A stretch of 63,752 nt of DNA, filler included, from Lama guanicoe (GCA_013239625.1; 181 parts of 181 records of this genome joined end to end with filler, not necessarily neighbours in it); one strand, 5' to 3'; counted from the first letter of the whole stretch, positions 48,221 to 61,906 are shown. Notes: generated by a model not told the origin, from the sequence alone. Made by a program: numbers and translations.

Positions 48221-50469
48221 NNNNNNNNNNNNNNNNNNNNNNNNNNNNNNNNNNNNNNNNNNNNTTAATTAATTAANNNNNNNNNNNNNNNNNNNNNNNN
48301 NNNNNNNNNNNNNNNNNNNNCAGTCCTTTGAAATAATAAGCAACATGGTGTGTTTGGCCCTAATCTGCAGGTGTGAGCGTGTGCACGCACGCTTGGGTGT
48401 GTAGGTGCATGCACAGGCAGCGGTGGGGATGGAGATCACTTATTCTGGCAACGCTGAGTGAGTTACTTGTAAACCATTTCTATCTTCCTTCACCATCAAT
48501 GACCATCCATTGTGCTCCCCAGTGTTCAAGGAGCTGTACCCAGCACAGAAAGATCAGAGTCACAAAGATATTTNNNNNNNNNNNNNNNNNNNNNNNNNNN
48601 NNNNNNNNNNNNNNNNNTTAATTAATTAANNNNNNNNNNNNNNNNNNNNNNNNNNNNNNNNNNNNNNNNNNNNAGTAATTCCATAAAGCTTTTCTGTTGG
48701 TCTCTAGCACGTCTTTATATGATGTTCACTTGCAGTGCTGGAGATCTGCACCACTAATCAGCAGCGGCTAGAATCTCCTACTGACAATGAGTCCTTTAAA
48801 TTGTCCAGACATTTATAACGAGCATCACTTCCAGGCTGTAGCATACTTGGCCGGGTTCCAGGAGACTCTTTTATAGTTGCAATATGTCAAATTTCCACAG
48901 CTTGTATTTATGGGAAGGTTAGATATNNNNNNNNNNNNNNNNNNNNNNNNNNNNNNNNNNNNNNNNNNNNTTAATTAATTAANNNNNNNNNNNNNNNNNN
49001 NNNNNNNNNNNNNNNNNNNNNNNNNNAGAAATCTGTCAAACATAACCAAGGCCATACGAAAGTCATGTAATAGTCACATAATAATGATATAAAGGGAGAC
49101 AAAATACAAAGGTATCCCAAATGTAAAATGATACAATCGAATTCTAACAAACACATTAGAATCTATGCACTGAACGCTGCTCTTCAAACCTGCACCACGG
49201 GAGGACATGCACTTACTCCAGGAAGGCTTCCAACGCCGAACATGTATTCATAACCCCTCCTGTGGAACTGTCATCAGCTNNNNNNNNNNNNNNNNNNNNN
49301 NNNNNNNNNNNNNNNNNNNNNNNTTAATTAATTAANNNNNNNNNNNNNNNNNNNNNNNNNNNNNNNNNNNNNNNNNNNNCATGACATAGTTTGAAAAGTA
49401 AAGAAAAGCTCTGTCCATAGAGGGAATTTAAATGACAAGGATTCTATTGCTGAGTGAGTGAATTTTGATAGATCAGATCTATGGGTTCAATGTTCACATT
49501 TATGAAATGAAGGCACAAGATTAGCTTAGTAACTTTCAAGTTTTTTTTTTTCTGTGAGTCATAGTAAGAGGTATATTTTACGTCAGGGTATCTGAATACA
49601 CAAAACACAGGCAAGTTTCATGGAACAACATTNNNNNNNNNNNNNNNNNNNNNNNNNNNNNNNNNNNNNNNNNNNNTTAATTAATTAANNNNNNNNNNNN
49701 NNNNNNNNNNNNNNNNNNNNNNNNNNNNNNNNGTTTTTGTTGCTGTTATTGTTTTGTGGTTTTTTGGTTTTATTGTGGGGGTTTTTTTGGTTTTGTTTTG
49801 GATTTGGGTTTCTTTCTTTCTTTTTTTTTTTTCCATCTTGCCTAAGAGCAACTTGATGTTTTGTTTGATAGATAGGAATGTAGTAGTTAATCAGCTTAAG
49901 AGGGTGGGTGAGCTTGTTACCAAACTCAGGTTCAGCTGCTTGCCACTCAAAAGCCAATAATCAAGTGTCAGTAGAAAGGAAAGGTNNNNNNNNNNNNNNN
50001 NNNNNNNNNNNNNNNNNNNNNNNNNNNNNTTAATTAATTAANNNNNNNNNNNNNNNNNNNNNNNNNNNNNNNNNNNNNNNNNNNNATCTTTACCAGTATC
50101 TCCTACAGTGACCCCTGACAGTGCCTCTACTTGGTGGTACATATGGTTAGTAATGATCTTATTTCTCTGTAAGATTAAATTAAGTTCCGTTTCCCACAAG
50201 CGTTCCAGTTTTTGGTACTATTTGTAGCATCAGATTTTCTGTACATGCAGAGTTGATTTCTTTCTGAGATGTTCTCAATTTTGTACATATCCAAGAAGTC
50301 TTAACTTTTCTTACATTAAATATAAGAAAATTATATTANNNNNNNNNNNNNNNNNNNNNNNNNNNNNNNNNNNNNNNNNNNNTTAATTAATTAANNNNNN
50401 NNNNNNNNNNNNNNNNNNNNNNNNNNNNNNNNNNNNNNTTAAAGGAATGACACAGCAGTTAGCACCAAG

Positions 50470-50691
50470 GTGGAGGAAAAGTCAACTTCCGATGGACCTT
50501 GAGGACCAGGATGGAAGGGGATCTGACCTCCAGCGGACCCTGAGCTCCCTCACACACATTGTAATGTACTAGCACCATGAACGGCACACCCACAGGTGCC
50601 ATGACAGCTCTGAGGCTGACCATGAAAGTCAAGGAGAGGGTGGTGGCCCAATTCCTGGGGATCCCCGCCCCTTCCTCAAAGCAGTTGGAGT
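50470..50691 (+). mobile_element. ERV1-type LTR (MER41/MER50-related artiodactyl family)
   Basis: CACACCCACAGGTGCCATGACAG...GTGGTGGCCCAATTCCTGG..ATCCCCGCCCCTTCC. Confidence 0.6.
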
Positions 50692-51144
50692 NNNNNNNNN
50701 NNNNNNNNNNNNNNNNNNNNNNNNNNNNNNNNNNNTTAATTAATTAANNNNNNNNNNNNNNNNNNNNNNNNNNNNNNNNNNNNNNNNNNNNTCATTAAAA
50801 AAATTAATGGCAACAAAATTATGCTATTCCCATACCTCTATGGGAATAAAAACACCAAATTGCATAGTTCCTTTAAAGTGTTTGCAATTTTCAGAAGTGC
50901 GCACAGATTCATTTTTAGATAAAATACAAGAACTAAAGTAAACAGAGCTTATCATACAGAGTAAGAAGAGGCGGAGTCAGAAGACATGAAAATCATGCCC
51001 ATTTTGTACCAGTCACTTATCATGGAAAACACTGGCTGCTCACGNNNNNNNNNNNNNNNNNNNNNNNNNNNNNNNNNNNNNNNNNNNNTTAATTAATTAA
51101 NNNNNNNNNNNNNNNNNNNNNNNNNNNNNNNNNNNNNNNNNNNN

Positions 51145-51397
51145 CTAGTTTCTGTTTTCCTGGCTGGAAAACAAGTTGCTATGTAATACAAAATCAATAT
51201 ACAAAAATTAACTTAGCTTCTCTGTAACAGCCACAAACAATAAGAAAATGAAGTTTAAAAAAGTTACTATTTGCAATAGCATCAAAAATATAAAATACCT
51301 AGCAATAAAACTAATGCAAAATATGACAATCTTCCACACAGAAAACTATAAAACACTATGAGGAGAAATTGGAAAATTTAAATAAAGAGGGAATTAT
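51145..51397 (+). mobile_element. old L1 ORF2 fragment
   Basis: ATACAAAATCAATATACAAAAATT...AATAGCATCAAAAATATAAAATACCTAG...GAAAACTATAAAACACT. Confidence 0.85.
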
Positions 51398-51869
51398 NNN
51401 NNNNNNNNNNNNNNNNNNNNNNNNNNNNNNNNNNNNNNNNNTTAATTAATTAANNNNNNNNNNNNNNNNNNNNNNNNNNNNNNNNNNNNNNNNNNNNCCC
51501 TGATTTATTAGGTTGTGTATATATGTTATGATTGTGTTTTTAATGCCTTTGTAGAGGCAAATATGACATCCCAAGGCTGAAATTAAAAGAATAATAGTAA
51601 TAATAATAAAGTAAATAAATGAAAAGAAGTTGAATGCCTGCAATCAGCCATGCAATGTCAGAGAAAAACAGTGCAGCTTGAGTGAACTGGCTAGGGAGTT
51701 TATCAAAATAATTATTCAGGTGCTTTTGAGTAGACAAAGTTACAGATCAGNNNNNNNNNNNNNNNNNNNNNNNNNNNNNNNNNNNNNNNNNNNNTTAATT
51801 AATTAANNNNNNNNNNNNNNNNNNNNNNNNNNNNNNNNNNNNNNNNNNNNGAATCTCTTCAGTGCCTGG

Positions 51870-52103
51870 TCCAGATAGTTCAGGCTTTGTCACTTGCTCC
51901 TACTGTGCCAATATCAGCATCTCTCTGCCTGAAGGCATTCTCTACAGCCTTCAGTCCTCTGCCCATATGCACTGCAGACTGGTGGTAGGTAAGAACTTAA
52001 CACCTCCAAGATCATCTCTCAGATAATGTCTGATGGGAATTTTTATGCACATACAACAACTCCCTTAAGATAGTATAATTTGAAGCATGTGTTTTATACC
52101 ATT
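51870..52103 (-). mobile_element. LTR16-like ERVL LTR
   Basis: GAACTTAACACCTCC...TCTCAGATAATGTCTGATGGGAAT...GAAGCATGT. Confidence 0.5.
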
Positions 52104-53812
52104 NNNNNNNNNNNNNNNNNNNNNNNNNNNNNNNNNNNNNNNNNNNNTTAATTAATTAANNNNNNNNNNNNNNNNNNNNNNNNNNNNNNNNNNNNNNNNN
52201 NNNAGAACAATCACAGAGTTCTTCAAGGATGCTGGAGCTCCATTCACAACTTTATTTTTTGCAGTAGTGGTTAAAAGGATGTCTTCTGGACCCTTTCAAT
52301 ATGGAAAACGCACTCTGACATTCCAGCCTCCAAAGCACTCGAACCACTGTTTCTACATCTAACCAAGGCAGATCCAGTATTTCCAGTTACCACACTGTGG
52401 GCCACCTTTTCCTCCATGTTTCAGTTAACCAACTAATCAAACTGTTAAAGCCTTTCNNNNNNNNNNNNNNNNNNNNNNNNNNNNNNNNNNNNNNNNNNNN
52501 TTAATTAATTAANNNNNNNNNNNNNNNNNNNNNNNNNNNNNNNNNNNNNNNNNNNNAGTTTTAAGTAATTAATTTGAATGGGTAATACATGCACCTAGAA
52601 AAAATGCAAACAGTACAAAAACACACAGTAAAAAATGTTTCTCCCATCCCTGTAATTTCATCACCTTCTTCCCTTCCCAGAGGAAGCTTCAGCTACAAAT
52701 TTCTTATCTGACCTTTAAGAGATACACTGTTCTTGTGTAAAGGCTATGTGTTTACGCACACGTACACACACGTCCCCTTTTAAAAATATTTTTGAATGTT
52801 CTGCATATTNNNNNNNNNNNNNNNNNNNNNNNNNNNNNNNNNNNNNNNNNNNNTTAATTAATTAANNNNNNNNNNNNNNNNNNNNNNNNNNNNNNNNNNN
52901 NNNNNNNNNCTGAGTCCCATCCAACTTTCTTAACTTATCTTTGGCCACACAGGGCTTTGGTCAAATCATGATGATCACAACTCATTGCCTTGCTCCTGCT
53001 TTACTCTCTGCCAAAGAATGCCCTAATCTGTATACGTTGCCTACAGTGCGTACTCTTAAGCATCTCTTCATTCTTTAAGATCAATTATGTTCTCTTATTT
53101 CCAGCTTCTCCTGACTTTTATTTGCAAAATTAATTGCTCCCACACCTGAATGCTATAAAAAANNNNNNNNNNNNNNNNNNNNNNNNNNNNNNNNNNNNNN
53201 NNNNNNTTAATTAATTAANNNNNNNNNNNNNNNNNNNNNNNNNNNNNNNNNNNNNNNNNNNNTCCTCCTTCACTGTATTGAGCACAAAGCCATGATTAGC
53301 ATTGTGACCCAAGGAAGCAGAACCCAAGTTCTGGGGGACTGACTTCCCCTCGCATTGCAGACGTCGTGGGCTGTAGGCACAGCAGCCATAGCCACCTGGG
53401 AGCTTGGCTTCAGCTCCTCCTGTTAGTCCACGTGCGCCCCTGGGTTGGAACCGCCTGCTGACCACAAGCATTAAACAGAGCCCCGTGGTGCCCCATGGTC
53501 CCCTGTTACAGGACCNNNNNNNNNNNNNNNNNNNNNNNNNNNNNNNNNNNNNNNNNNNNTTAATTAATTAANNNNNNNNNNNNNNNNNNNNNNNNNNNNN
53601 NNNNNNNNNNNNNNNTGTCCCATCTTTCTGTACAGTTTGACAGTCTGCTTTTTATTGGGCTGTTAAGACCACTTACACTTAATGTGATTACTGAGATGGT
53701 TAGGTATACATTTGTCATCCCGCTGTTTGTTTTCTACTGGTTCAGTCTATTCATTGTTCCCTTCCCCCCTTTTTTCATAAATATATAATAAGCTGATCTT
53801 TGACTAAGGAAG

Positions 53813-53868
53813 TGTGATATTGTGATTCAGAGTAAATACATATTTTGGTCTCTGTCCAGGTTCTAGTT
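53813..53868 (+). mobile_element. MER21-like LTR 5' end adjoining an L1 remnant
   Basis: TGTGATATTGTGATT...ATACATATTTTGGTCTCTGTCC. Confidence 0.5.
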
Positions 53869-55528
53869 NNNNNNNNNNNNNNNNNNNNNNNNNNNNNNNN
53901 NNNNNNNNNNNNTTAATTAATTAANNNNNNNNNNNNNNNNNNNNNNNNNNNNNNNNNNNNNNNNNNNNTAAGTAGACAGTTGCAAGAAGGAAGATGGGTT
54001 AAAAAACTGATTTCCACCCACATCACCTCTGCCTTCTGCCTTATACACTCACCCACCCTACCACACAAATACACACACACAAACACACACACAGCCTTGT
54101 GTATTATTTTTCATAGCTCTGGCCACCAGTATAACATGAAAAAGTTATCTGCTGACTGGCATGCATGCATACGGTTTCCACAGTATACTATAAATGTTTT
54201 CAGATCAACTGGCAGTGTTAANNNNNNNNNNNNNNNNNNNNNNNNNNNNNNNNNNNNNNNNNNNNTTAATTAATTAANNNNNNNNNNNNNNNNNNNNNNN
54301 NNNNNNNNNNNNNNNNNNNNNATCAGCAGTCTCTCTCTCTCCATGAGTGGCAGCACCCGTCACCCACTTCTGCAAGGCACAACCCTCATCTCATCACCTG
54401 CATTGCTCACTGCTTCTACAGACACAACTACCACCATCAACTGTCACCTACTGTGATAGCAAAGGCGACCCTCAGGCTGTAAATGGCATCCAGCTCCCCA
54501 CGCTTTTGTTGAATTATTGACTCATTTCATCCACTGATTCTTTGGATAAATATTTATTGAGTGTCTACTAGTACNNNNNNNNNNNNNNNNNNNNNNNNNN
54601 NNNNNNNNNNNNNNNNNNTTAATTAATTAANNNNNNNNNNNNNNNNNNNNNNNNNNNNNNNNNNNNNNNNNNNNATTGTCCAGATCCAATTCTCAGATCT
54701 TCTATTTGAGGGTGAAGAGAAAGATGGAAAGTTGGATAGGTCTGCTAACGTAACAACATATTTGACTCCTTATGAAGATACTGGGTTCCCCGGGAGCCTT
54801 GGAGTTCCTGGACCAGTCCAGTGTGTGAGAAGAGGGCTGAGGAAGCAGCTCAGCCTGTTACTTTAAGTGCCCTCTGAGGAGAGATGTAATAGTTGTATAA
54901 AAGGTAGCTTTGTTTTTTATTATTTTANNNNNNNNNNNNNNNNNNNNNNNNNNNNNNNNNNNNNNNNNNNNTTAATTAATTAANNNNNNNNNNNNNNNNN
55001 NNNNNNNNNNNNNNNNNNNNNNNNNNNTACCCAACACTGGATTCCTTAGGAAGCAAAGCCAACGCATTTTTGGACTCTTCAAGGTCTTCATCCCTTGGAG
55101 GCTTTTTACACACACTGGTCCACCACAGCCAGAATTGCTGTTCCTTGAAAGGTGGGCTACCACGCTGCGATGTCCTGGGCTTCTTCTGGCACCATGTGTC
55201 TATACTGGGTAGTCAAGTTTCCACATACCCTCTCTGATTTCCAATATATTGTTCTCCAGAGCCAACAGAGGGGCCACTGGNNNNNNNNNNNNNNNNNNNN
55301 NNNNNNNNNNNNNNNNNNNNNNNNTTAATTAATTAANNNNNNNNNNNNNNNNNNNNNNNNNNNNNNNNNNNNNNNNNNNNTCAATATAGGCATTTGGAAA
55401 ATACAACAAGTATGAAAAGGGAAAATAGCTATCAATATTTTGATGTAAATCCTTTCACTTTATATATTTATATATAAATGTATATGTGTATATTTATGCA
55501 CACTCAGGTTTTTTTTAATTTCTTTTCC

Positions 55529-55633
55529 TTTTTTATGGGGGAGCAATTCGGTTTATTTATTTATTTTTATATGTTATTACTATTTCTTCAATGGAGGTGC
55601 TGGGAATTGAACCCAGGACCTTGTGCATGCTAA
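55529..55633 (-). mobile_element. Vic-1-type SINE, 5' part cut off by contig end
   Basis: AATGGAGGTGCTGGGAATTGAACCCAGGACCTTGTGCATGCTAA preceded by the TTTA-rich tail. Confidence 0.85.
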
Positions 55634-56086
55634 NNNNNNNNNNNNNNNNNNNNNNNNNNNNNNNNNNNNNNNNNNNNTTAATTAATTAANNNNNNNNNNN
55701 NNNNNNNNNNNNNNNNNNNNNNNNNNNNNNNNNCAGGGAAGTTCATGGATTGTCAGTTTTGTGAACGCTGAATCACAATTCTGTCCTCATCCAGAGGATG
55801 GTTGATCTCTGACTGACTTGTTAACCAAGCTCACAGAGCCCAGGGTGTAACCTAGAACGTCAGCCTACTGACTTGTATCGTGAACATACAACTGTCTAGC
55901 AGATCAAATTTTGTGTTCAGGCACTTAATGAAGATTTACCAGATGTCTGCTATGCACCAGGTGTCATGAATACACAGCAGAGAACANNNNNNNNNNNNNN
56001 NNNNNNNNNNNNNNNNNNNNNNNNNNNNNNTTAATTAATTAANNNNNNNNNNNNNNNNNNNNNNNNNNNNNNNNNNNNNNNNNNNN

Positions 56087-56339
56087 ATATCCATACAAAA
56101 GAATATTATTTGGCTATAAAAATAATAGAATACTGGCATATGCTACAACAGGGATGAACCATGAACCTTGAAAATTCTGTGCTAAGCGAAAGGAGCCAGA
56201 CACAAAAGGGCCACATATCGTATGATTCCATTTGTAAGAAATGTCCAGAATAGACCAATTTAGACACAGAAAGTAGATTTGTAGCTACAAGGGACAGGGG
56301 AAGGAGGGATAAAGAGTGACTGCTGATGAGTACAGGGTT
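56087..56339 (+). mobile_element. L1MB-type 3' UTR
   Basis: TATGCTACAACA..GATGAACC...GCCAGACACAAAAGG...TATGATTCCATTT...AATGTCCAGAATAG. Confidence 0.9.
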
Positions 56340-56792
56340 NNNNNNNNNNNNNNNNNNNNNNNNNNNNNNNNNNNNNNNNNNNNTTAATTAATTAANNNNN
56401 NNNNNNNNNNNNNNNNNNNNNNNNNNNNNNNNNNNNNNNAGTGTTGAAGACAGAAAGGAGTAGCATAATGCTGCTATAACCAGTCCATCGGTAATTAATA
56501 TGCATCTGTGGAAGGCTTACTGCTTGTAAGATACTGCAACAGCCATCGTGGAACAGTGGGCAAGGGGTTGGAAAAAAAATCAAATCCATCCAAAAGAACA
56601 TTTTACAGAGAAGCAACCATCAGTTTTATAGCTGGAAATGACCGAAGAAAACATCTAGGTTAGCCCTGTCAGTTTATAGATGAAGAAACTGANNNNNNNN
56701 NNNNNNNNNNNNNNNNNNNNNNNNNNNNNNNNNNNNTTAATTAATTAANNNNNNNNNNNNNNNNNNNNNNNNNNNNNNNNNNNNNNNNNNNN

Positions 56793-57045
56793 TATACATA
56801 TGCACATTCCTTTTCAGGTTCTTTTCCATTATAGGTTATTAAAAAATACTGAATATAGTTCCCTGTGCTGTACAGTATGTTCTTGTTATCCGTTTTATAT
56901 ATAGTAGTGTACATCTGTTAATCCCAGGCTCCTAATTTATCCCTCCTCCTCTCCCCTTCGGTGGCCGTAAGTTCGTTTTCTATGTCAGTGAGTCTGCTTA
57001 TGTTTCATAAAGTTCATTTATATCATTTTTAAAGATTCCACATAC
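56793..57045 (-). mobile_element. Lineage-specific L1 3' UTR
   Basis: GAATATAGTTCCCTGTGCTGTACAGTA...GTTTTCTATGTCAGTGAGTCTG...AGATTCCACATA. Confidence 0.92.
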
Positions 57046-57145
57046 NNNNNNNNNNNNNNNNNNNNNNNNNNNNNNNNNNNNNNNNNNNNTTAATTAATTA
57101 ANNNNNNNNNNNNNNNNNNNNNNNNNNNNNNNNNNNNNNNNNNNN

Positions 57146-57318
57146 CAATTCCAGAAGCCAGGAGAACAGCCTGGAGCAGGCTCCCTACAGCCTCTGGGAG
57201 GAAACAACCTTGCCAACACTTTAACTTCTGACCTTCAGATCTGTGAGAATGAATTTCTGTTGTTTTAAGCCTCCTTGCTGGTTGTACTCAGTTGTGGTGG
57301 CCCTAGAAACTAAACGCA
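57146..57318 (+). mobile_element. MLT1 (MaLR) LTR 3' half
   Basis: CCAGAAGCCAGGAGA...GCCAACACTTT...CTGTGAGAATGAATTTCTGTTGTTTTAAGCC...GCCCTAGAAACTAA. Confidence 0.85.
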
Positions 57319-57498
57319 AACAGTAGGAAAATGCTCTGTCTTCTGTTTCCTGTTCATGTGAACACAAAGAAAAGGAGGTTCTAACTTATCTGGTCTCCNN
57401 NNNNNNNNNNNNNNNNNNNNNNNNNNNNNNNNNNNNNNNNNNTTAATTAATTAANNNNNNNNNNNNNNNNNNNNNNNNNNNNNNNNNNNNNNNNNNNN

Positions 57499-57751
57499 GG
57501 TGATGGTGGCTTCATAGAATGAGTTTGGGAGTGCTCCCTCCTTTTCAGTCTTTTTGAAGAGTTTGAGAAGGATCACTGAGTTCTGTATGTTTGTTAGATT
57601 TCCCCAGTGAAGCCTTCTGGTCCTGGACTTTTGTTTACAGGGATGTTTTATTTTATTGACATTTCTGTTTCATTTCTAGTAATTGGTCTATTCAAGTGGT
57701 CTGTTTCTTCTTGATTCAGTCTTGGTGGGCTGTGTGTTTCCAGAAACTTGT
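57499..57751 (-). mobile_element. L1 ORF2 fragment
   Basis: GGCTTCATAGAATGAGTTTGGGAG...CCCAGTGAAGCCTTCTGGTCCTGGACTTTTG. Confidence 0.93.
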
Positions 57752-57851
57752 NNNNNNNNNNNNNNNNNNNNNNNNNNNNNNNNNNNNNNNNNNNNTTAAT
57801 TAATTAANNNNNNNNNNNNNNNNNNNNNNNNNNNNNNNNNNNNNNNNNNNN

Positions 57852-58104
57852 AAAAGAACTAAACACAAAAATAAACAAATGAGACCTATTCAAACTTACA
57901 GGTTTTGCACAGCAAAGGAAACCATCAATAAAATGAAAAGATAACCTACGGAATGGGAGAAAATATTTGCAAATGATGTGACTGACAAGGGGTTAGTATC
58001 CAAAATATACAAACAGCTCATACAACTTAATATCAAGAAAACAAACAACTCAATCAAAAAAAAATGGGCAGAATATCTAAACAGACATTTCTCCAAACAA
58101 GACA
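57852..58104 (+). mobile_element. L1 ORF2 C-terminal fragment
   Basis: Translates [39 protein letters not shown]. Confidence 0.95.
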
Positions 58105-58910
58105 NNNNNNNNNNNNNNNNNNNNNNNNNNNNNNNNNNNNNNNNNNNNTTAATTAATTAANNNNNNNNNNNNNNNNNNNNNNNNNNNNNNNNNNNNNNNN
58201 NNNNCTAAAATTCTTCATATAATTTACCTCTCTTCTTCTCTTGTGATAGTCTCTTTCTTAGCAAGTTCATGAATTTCCATGGTTTCAACTTTCGTTGAAA
58301 GTTAATGACTCTTAAATGCCTGTACACAACCTGCAGAGATCCAAAATTCACCAGGTTAAAGCCGTACTCTCTACCTTCCCTTCCACTCCCATCCCTTCAG
58401 CATCCCCATTCATCCAATCTCAAAAAACAAAGTGTCATATTTTTGAAATTTCTCTCCNNNNNNNNNNNNNNNNNNNNNNNNNNNNNNNNNNNNNNNNNNN
58501 NTTAATTAATTAANNNNNNNNNNNNNNNNNNNNNNNNNNNNNNNNNNNNNNNNNNNNGCTTCGGTGGTGAGGGCTTCGCTCACCTGCCCACCTAGTGCCG
58601 GGGGGGGTGATTGGGGTTCCTCGTAGTTGTCCTGGTTGCCTGTGTCCGCTGTACCTTTACTGCAGACTTCTCGTCTGGGGGCCTCTGTCTTCCCTACTGG
58701 TCCTTCAGGGCGATCCGACTTGGTGGTTCCAAGCTAAGATCAGGAGCACGTAGAGTGGAGGAATAGAAACCTTCCTGTTAGATGCTCTGTTTTGCTGGAG
58801 TGATGGGGATNNNNNNNNNNNNNNNNNNNNNNNNNNNNNNNNNNNNNNNNNNNNTTAATTAATTAANNNNNNNNNNNNNNNNNNNNNNNNNNNNNNNNNN
58901 NNNNNNNNNN

Positions 58911-59163
58911 GCGCAGGTGAGCTCTGCCTTCCCACGGGCAGGACGCGGCTGCAGCTGCACAGACGGGCGCCCCAGACGCCCACCCAGTTTGGACGGCCAA
59001 GCTGGGCTGAAAGATAGCGTGTGAGTCGGAAACCGAGAGGGCCACCCTCTCTCCGAGCGCCCACTGGTTCGGGAGGGAGGGGCCTGGTGCTCGGGGAGAT
59101 GCGTTTACCTGACCTCAAACCCTTATAGAAACTCGGGGCGCCCAAGCGACACACCCTCAGGCT
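58911..59163. promoter_or_regulatory. CpG-rich contig, probable CpG-island piece
   Basis: High CpG density; begins GCGCAG|GTGAGC, a donor-like site. Confidence 0.45.
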
Positions 59164-61237
59164 NNNNNNNNNNNNNNNNNNNNNNNNNNNNNNNNNNNNN
59201 NNNNNNNTTAATTAATTAANNNNNNNNNNNNNNNNNNNNNNNNNNNNNNNNNNNNNNNNNNNNCCAAACTACACGAAACATATTCTATAGTACAGAGAGG
59301 AACAGAACACCTACATATCCCTGTAGGTCTTACAATGTAGTCCTTACTGTTACCCTGATTATTACATTTATTTACACACTTTCAAAACTCTTTATGTTCT
59401 ATTATGAACATGCCTATCACCGATATTTTGAATATTTTCTCCAATCTTTTCCTAAAAGTTTGGAACCTCTGGAACATAGTTTCCCTTACTTGTAAAGGAA
59501 TGAATCAAAGTAATAGNNNNNNNNNNNNNNNNNNNNNNNNNNNNNNNNNNNNNNNNNNNNTTAATTAATTAANNNNNNNNNNNNNNNNNNNNNNNNNNNN
59601 NNNNNNNNNNNNNNNNTTGCCCCCTTTCACCACTCAGGCTCCAGAGCCCAGGATGAAGGAAGGGAGATGTTTCAATTTGGAAAAGGGTGTGTCATTGGAC
59701 ATTACAGGGGACTTGACGTTTTGATACTTGGAAAAGGAAATCATGTGTTTCTCCTGAGTGAAAGGAAAAGCTCTTGGACCTGTCTGTCATGTCAGGGAGC
59801 GGTAGGAAAGGCTGGAATAGCACAGCAGCATTTTGAAGGGGCAATAATGAAAGTGAGTAAGGCTGCCTCNNNNNNNNNNNNNNNNNNNNNNNNNNNNNNN
59901 NNNNNNNNNNNNNTTAATTAATTAANNNNNNNNNNNNNNNNNNNNNNNNNNNNNNNNNNNNNNNNNNNNAATTTCCTGCAGTTTTCAGAGTAAAACCGAG
60001 TCGCAGCCAGTATCTCCAAATATATAAGTATGTAGTGGATTTTCCAAAAGAAACAAAATTTTGTGTTGCCAACAAGATAGCTGAAGGACGACTTTCACAC
60101 ACACGTATCTCTCAGAACTGAGCACGTGGAGAGACATTCGTTCATCTAGCAAAAACGGAACGGGTGGCTGGAAAAACACTTACTCTGGGTTCTCAGACTA
60201 TTTCCTAGTGCCTGTTTGAAGTNNNNNNNNNNNNNNNNNNNNNNNNNNNNNNNNNNNNNNNNNNNNTTAATTAATTAANNNNNNNNNNNNNNNNNNNNNN
60301 NNNNNNNNNNNNNNNNNNNNNNGTATAATCAGTTACAATGTGTCGATTTCTGGTGTACAGCATCATGTCCCTGTCATGCATGTATATACATATATTTGTT
60401 TAAGAAATGCAGGAAAATGTACTAAAGCTAGACTATAGGTTTAGGCAACAGCCCGGTTGTTGTGGGGGAGGGTTTCAAGCAGGAGGTAGGGAGGCTTGGA
60501 TTTGTTTGGAGGAGGAAGATGGCAGCAAGCGTGGAGGGGATGAGGATGGGCTGGTGGGAGGGAGACCATGGAGGGNNNNNNNNNNNNNNNNNNNNNNNNN
60601 NNNNNNNNNNNNNNNNNNNTTAATTAATTAANNNNNNNNNNNNNNNNNNNNNNNNNNNNNNNNNNNNNNNNNNNNCATTGTTTTATCAGGGATAAAACAA
60701 TGAAATGAATGTTCCTACTCAGGGCCCTACTTGCTGGTAAAACTATGGAGACAGAGTGCACCCAGGAAGCATATGGGATTTTATTTTCATATTCTAAAGA
60801 GGGGCGGTAAAGACCTCAGGGCCACTTCTGTCAAAGCAGGCAGACAGCTAGATGTGAGCAGAGAAAGGGGGTCACAGATCAAATGGCAGGAATTGGGCAG
60901 AAAAGAGGGGCACAGGCCAAATGCAGGANNNNNNNNNNNNNNNNNNNNNNNNNNNNNNNNNNNNNNNNNNNNTTAATTAATTAANNNNNNNNNNNNNNNN
61001 NNNNNNNNNNNNNNNNNNNNNNNNNNNNTTTTGCAGGATAATGTAAATTCTAGTCACTTTATTGAAGCACATTTCTTCACTGATTTGCTACACAGAAAAC
61101 TTTAATATTCAGATTTACAGCTAGCTGACTAGTCCCTCCATCTGATAAGTTCATTCGTTATTTTTAATGTTCATTTCATTCTTATAAGATTTTTTAAATG
61201 TAATTTTGGTTTTTTTAAATTTTAATTTGCTTTTTAG

Positions 61238-61281
61238 TTTTTTTTTTTTTTTTGAGGAGGGGGTAATTAACTTTATTTATT
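61238..61281 (-). mobile_element. Vic-1-type SINE 3' tail
   Basis: Poly-T followed by GAGGAGGGGGTAATTAACTTTATTTATT. Confidence 0.65.
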
Positions 61282-61381
61282 NNNNNNNNNNNNNNNNNNN
61301 NNNNNNNNNNNNNNNNNNNNNNNNNTTAATTAATTAANNNNNNNNNNNNNNNNNNNNNNNNNNNNNNNNNNNNNNNNNNNN

Positions 61382-61490
61382 TCTCCCTTCTGGAATCTTG
61401 TGCAGCTCACTGAGGTCCCAGATATCACTGGGTCTTTTAACCCTCTGAAATTTCTTGGAGTATTGTTCAAGTAGAAATAAACTTTGATGT
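61382..61490 (-). CDS. Candidate internal exon (5' part), product unknown
   Basis: T-rich tract TTTTTTGTTTGTTTTTTAG acceptor (AG at 61492-61491), then open frame HQSLFLLEQYSKKFQRVKRPSDIWDLSELHKIPEG. Confidence 0.3.
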
Positions 61491-61906
61491 CTAAAAAACA
61501 AACAAAAAATACAAAATATATAAACAAACAAAAAACAGGATATGTTCCTCAAGTCAGCAAAATGCAGAGAAACAAACATAGTACAATGACCTCCATGTCC
61601 TCTTGGGTAAAAGCATCCCCACCAGTCACAATGANNNNNNNNNNNNNNNNNNNNNNNNNNNNNNNNNNNNNNNNNNNNTTAATTAATTAANNNNNNNNNN
61701 NNNNNNNNNNNNNNNNNNNNNNNNNNNNNNNNNNCTGGACTGACATTTTAAAGGAGAGTTCATTTACTAACATCATGTCCCAAAATCACACTATCTAGTT
61801 AGCTCTCACTTGCTACTCACCTCAAGAACCTGGCTCAATAAAAATTATGCCTTAGAAGCAAATTAATGACCTAAATTATTTTCTATAATTCTATGTTTTG
61901 ACTTAC

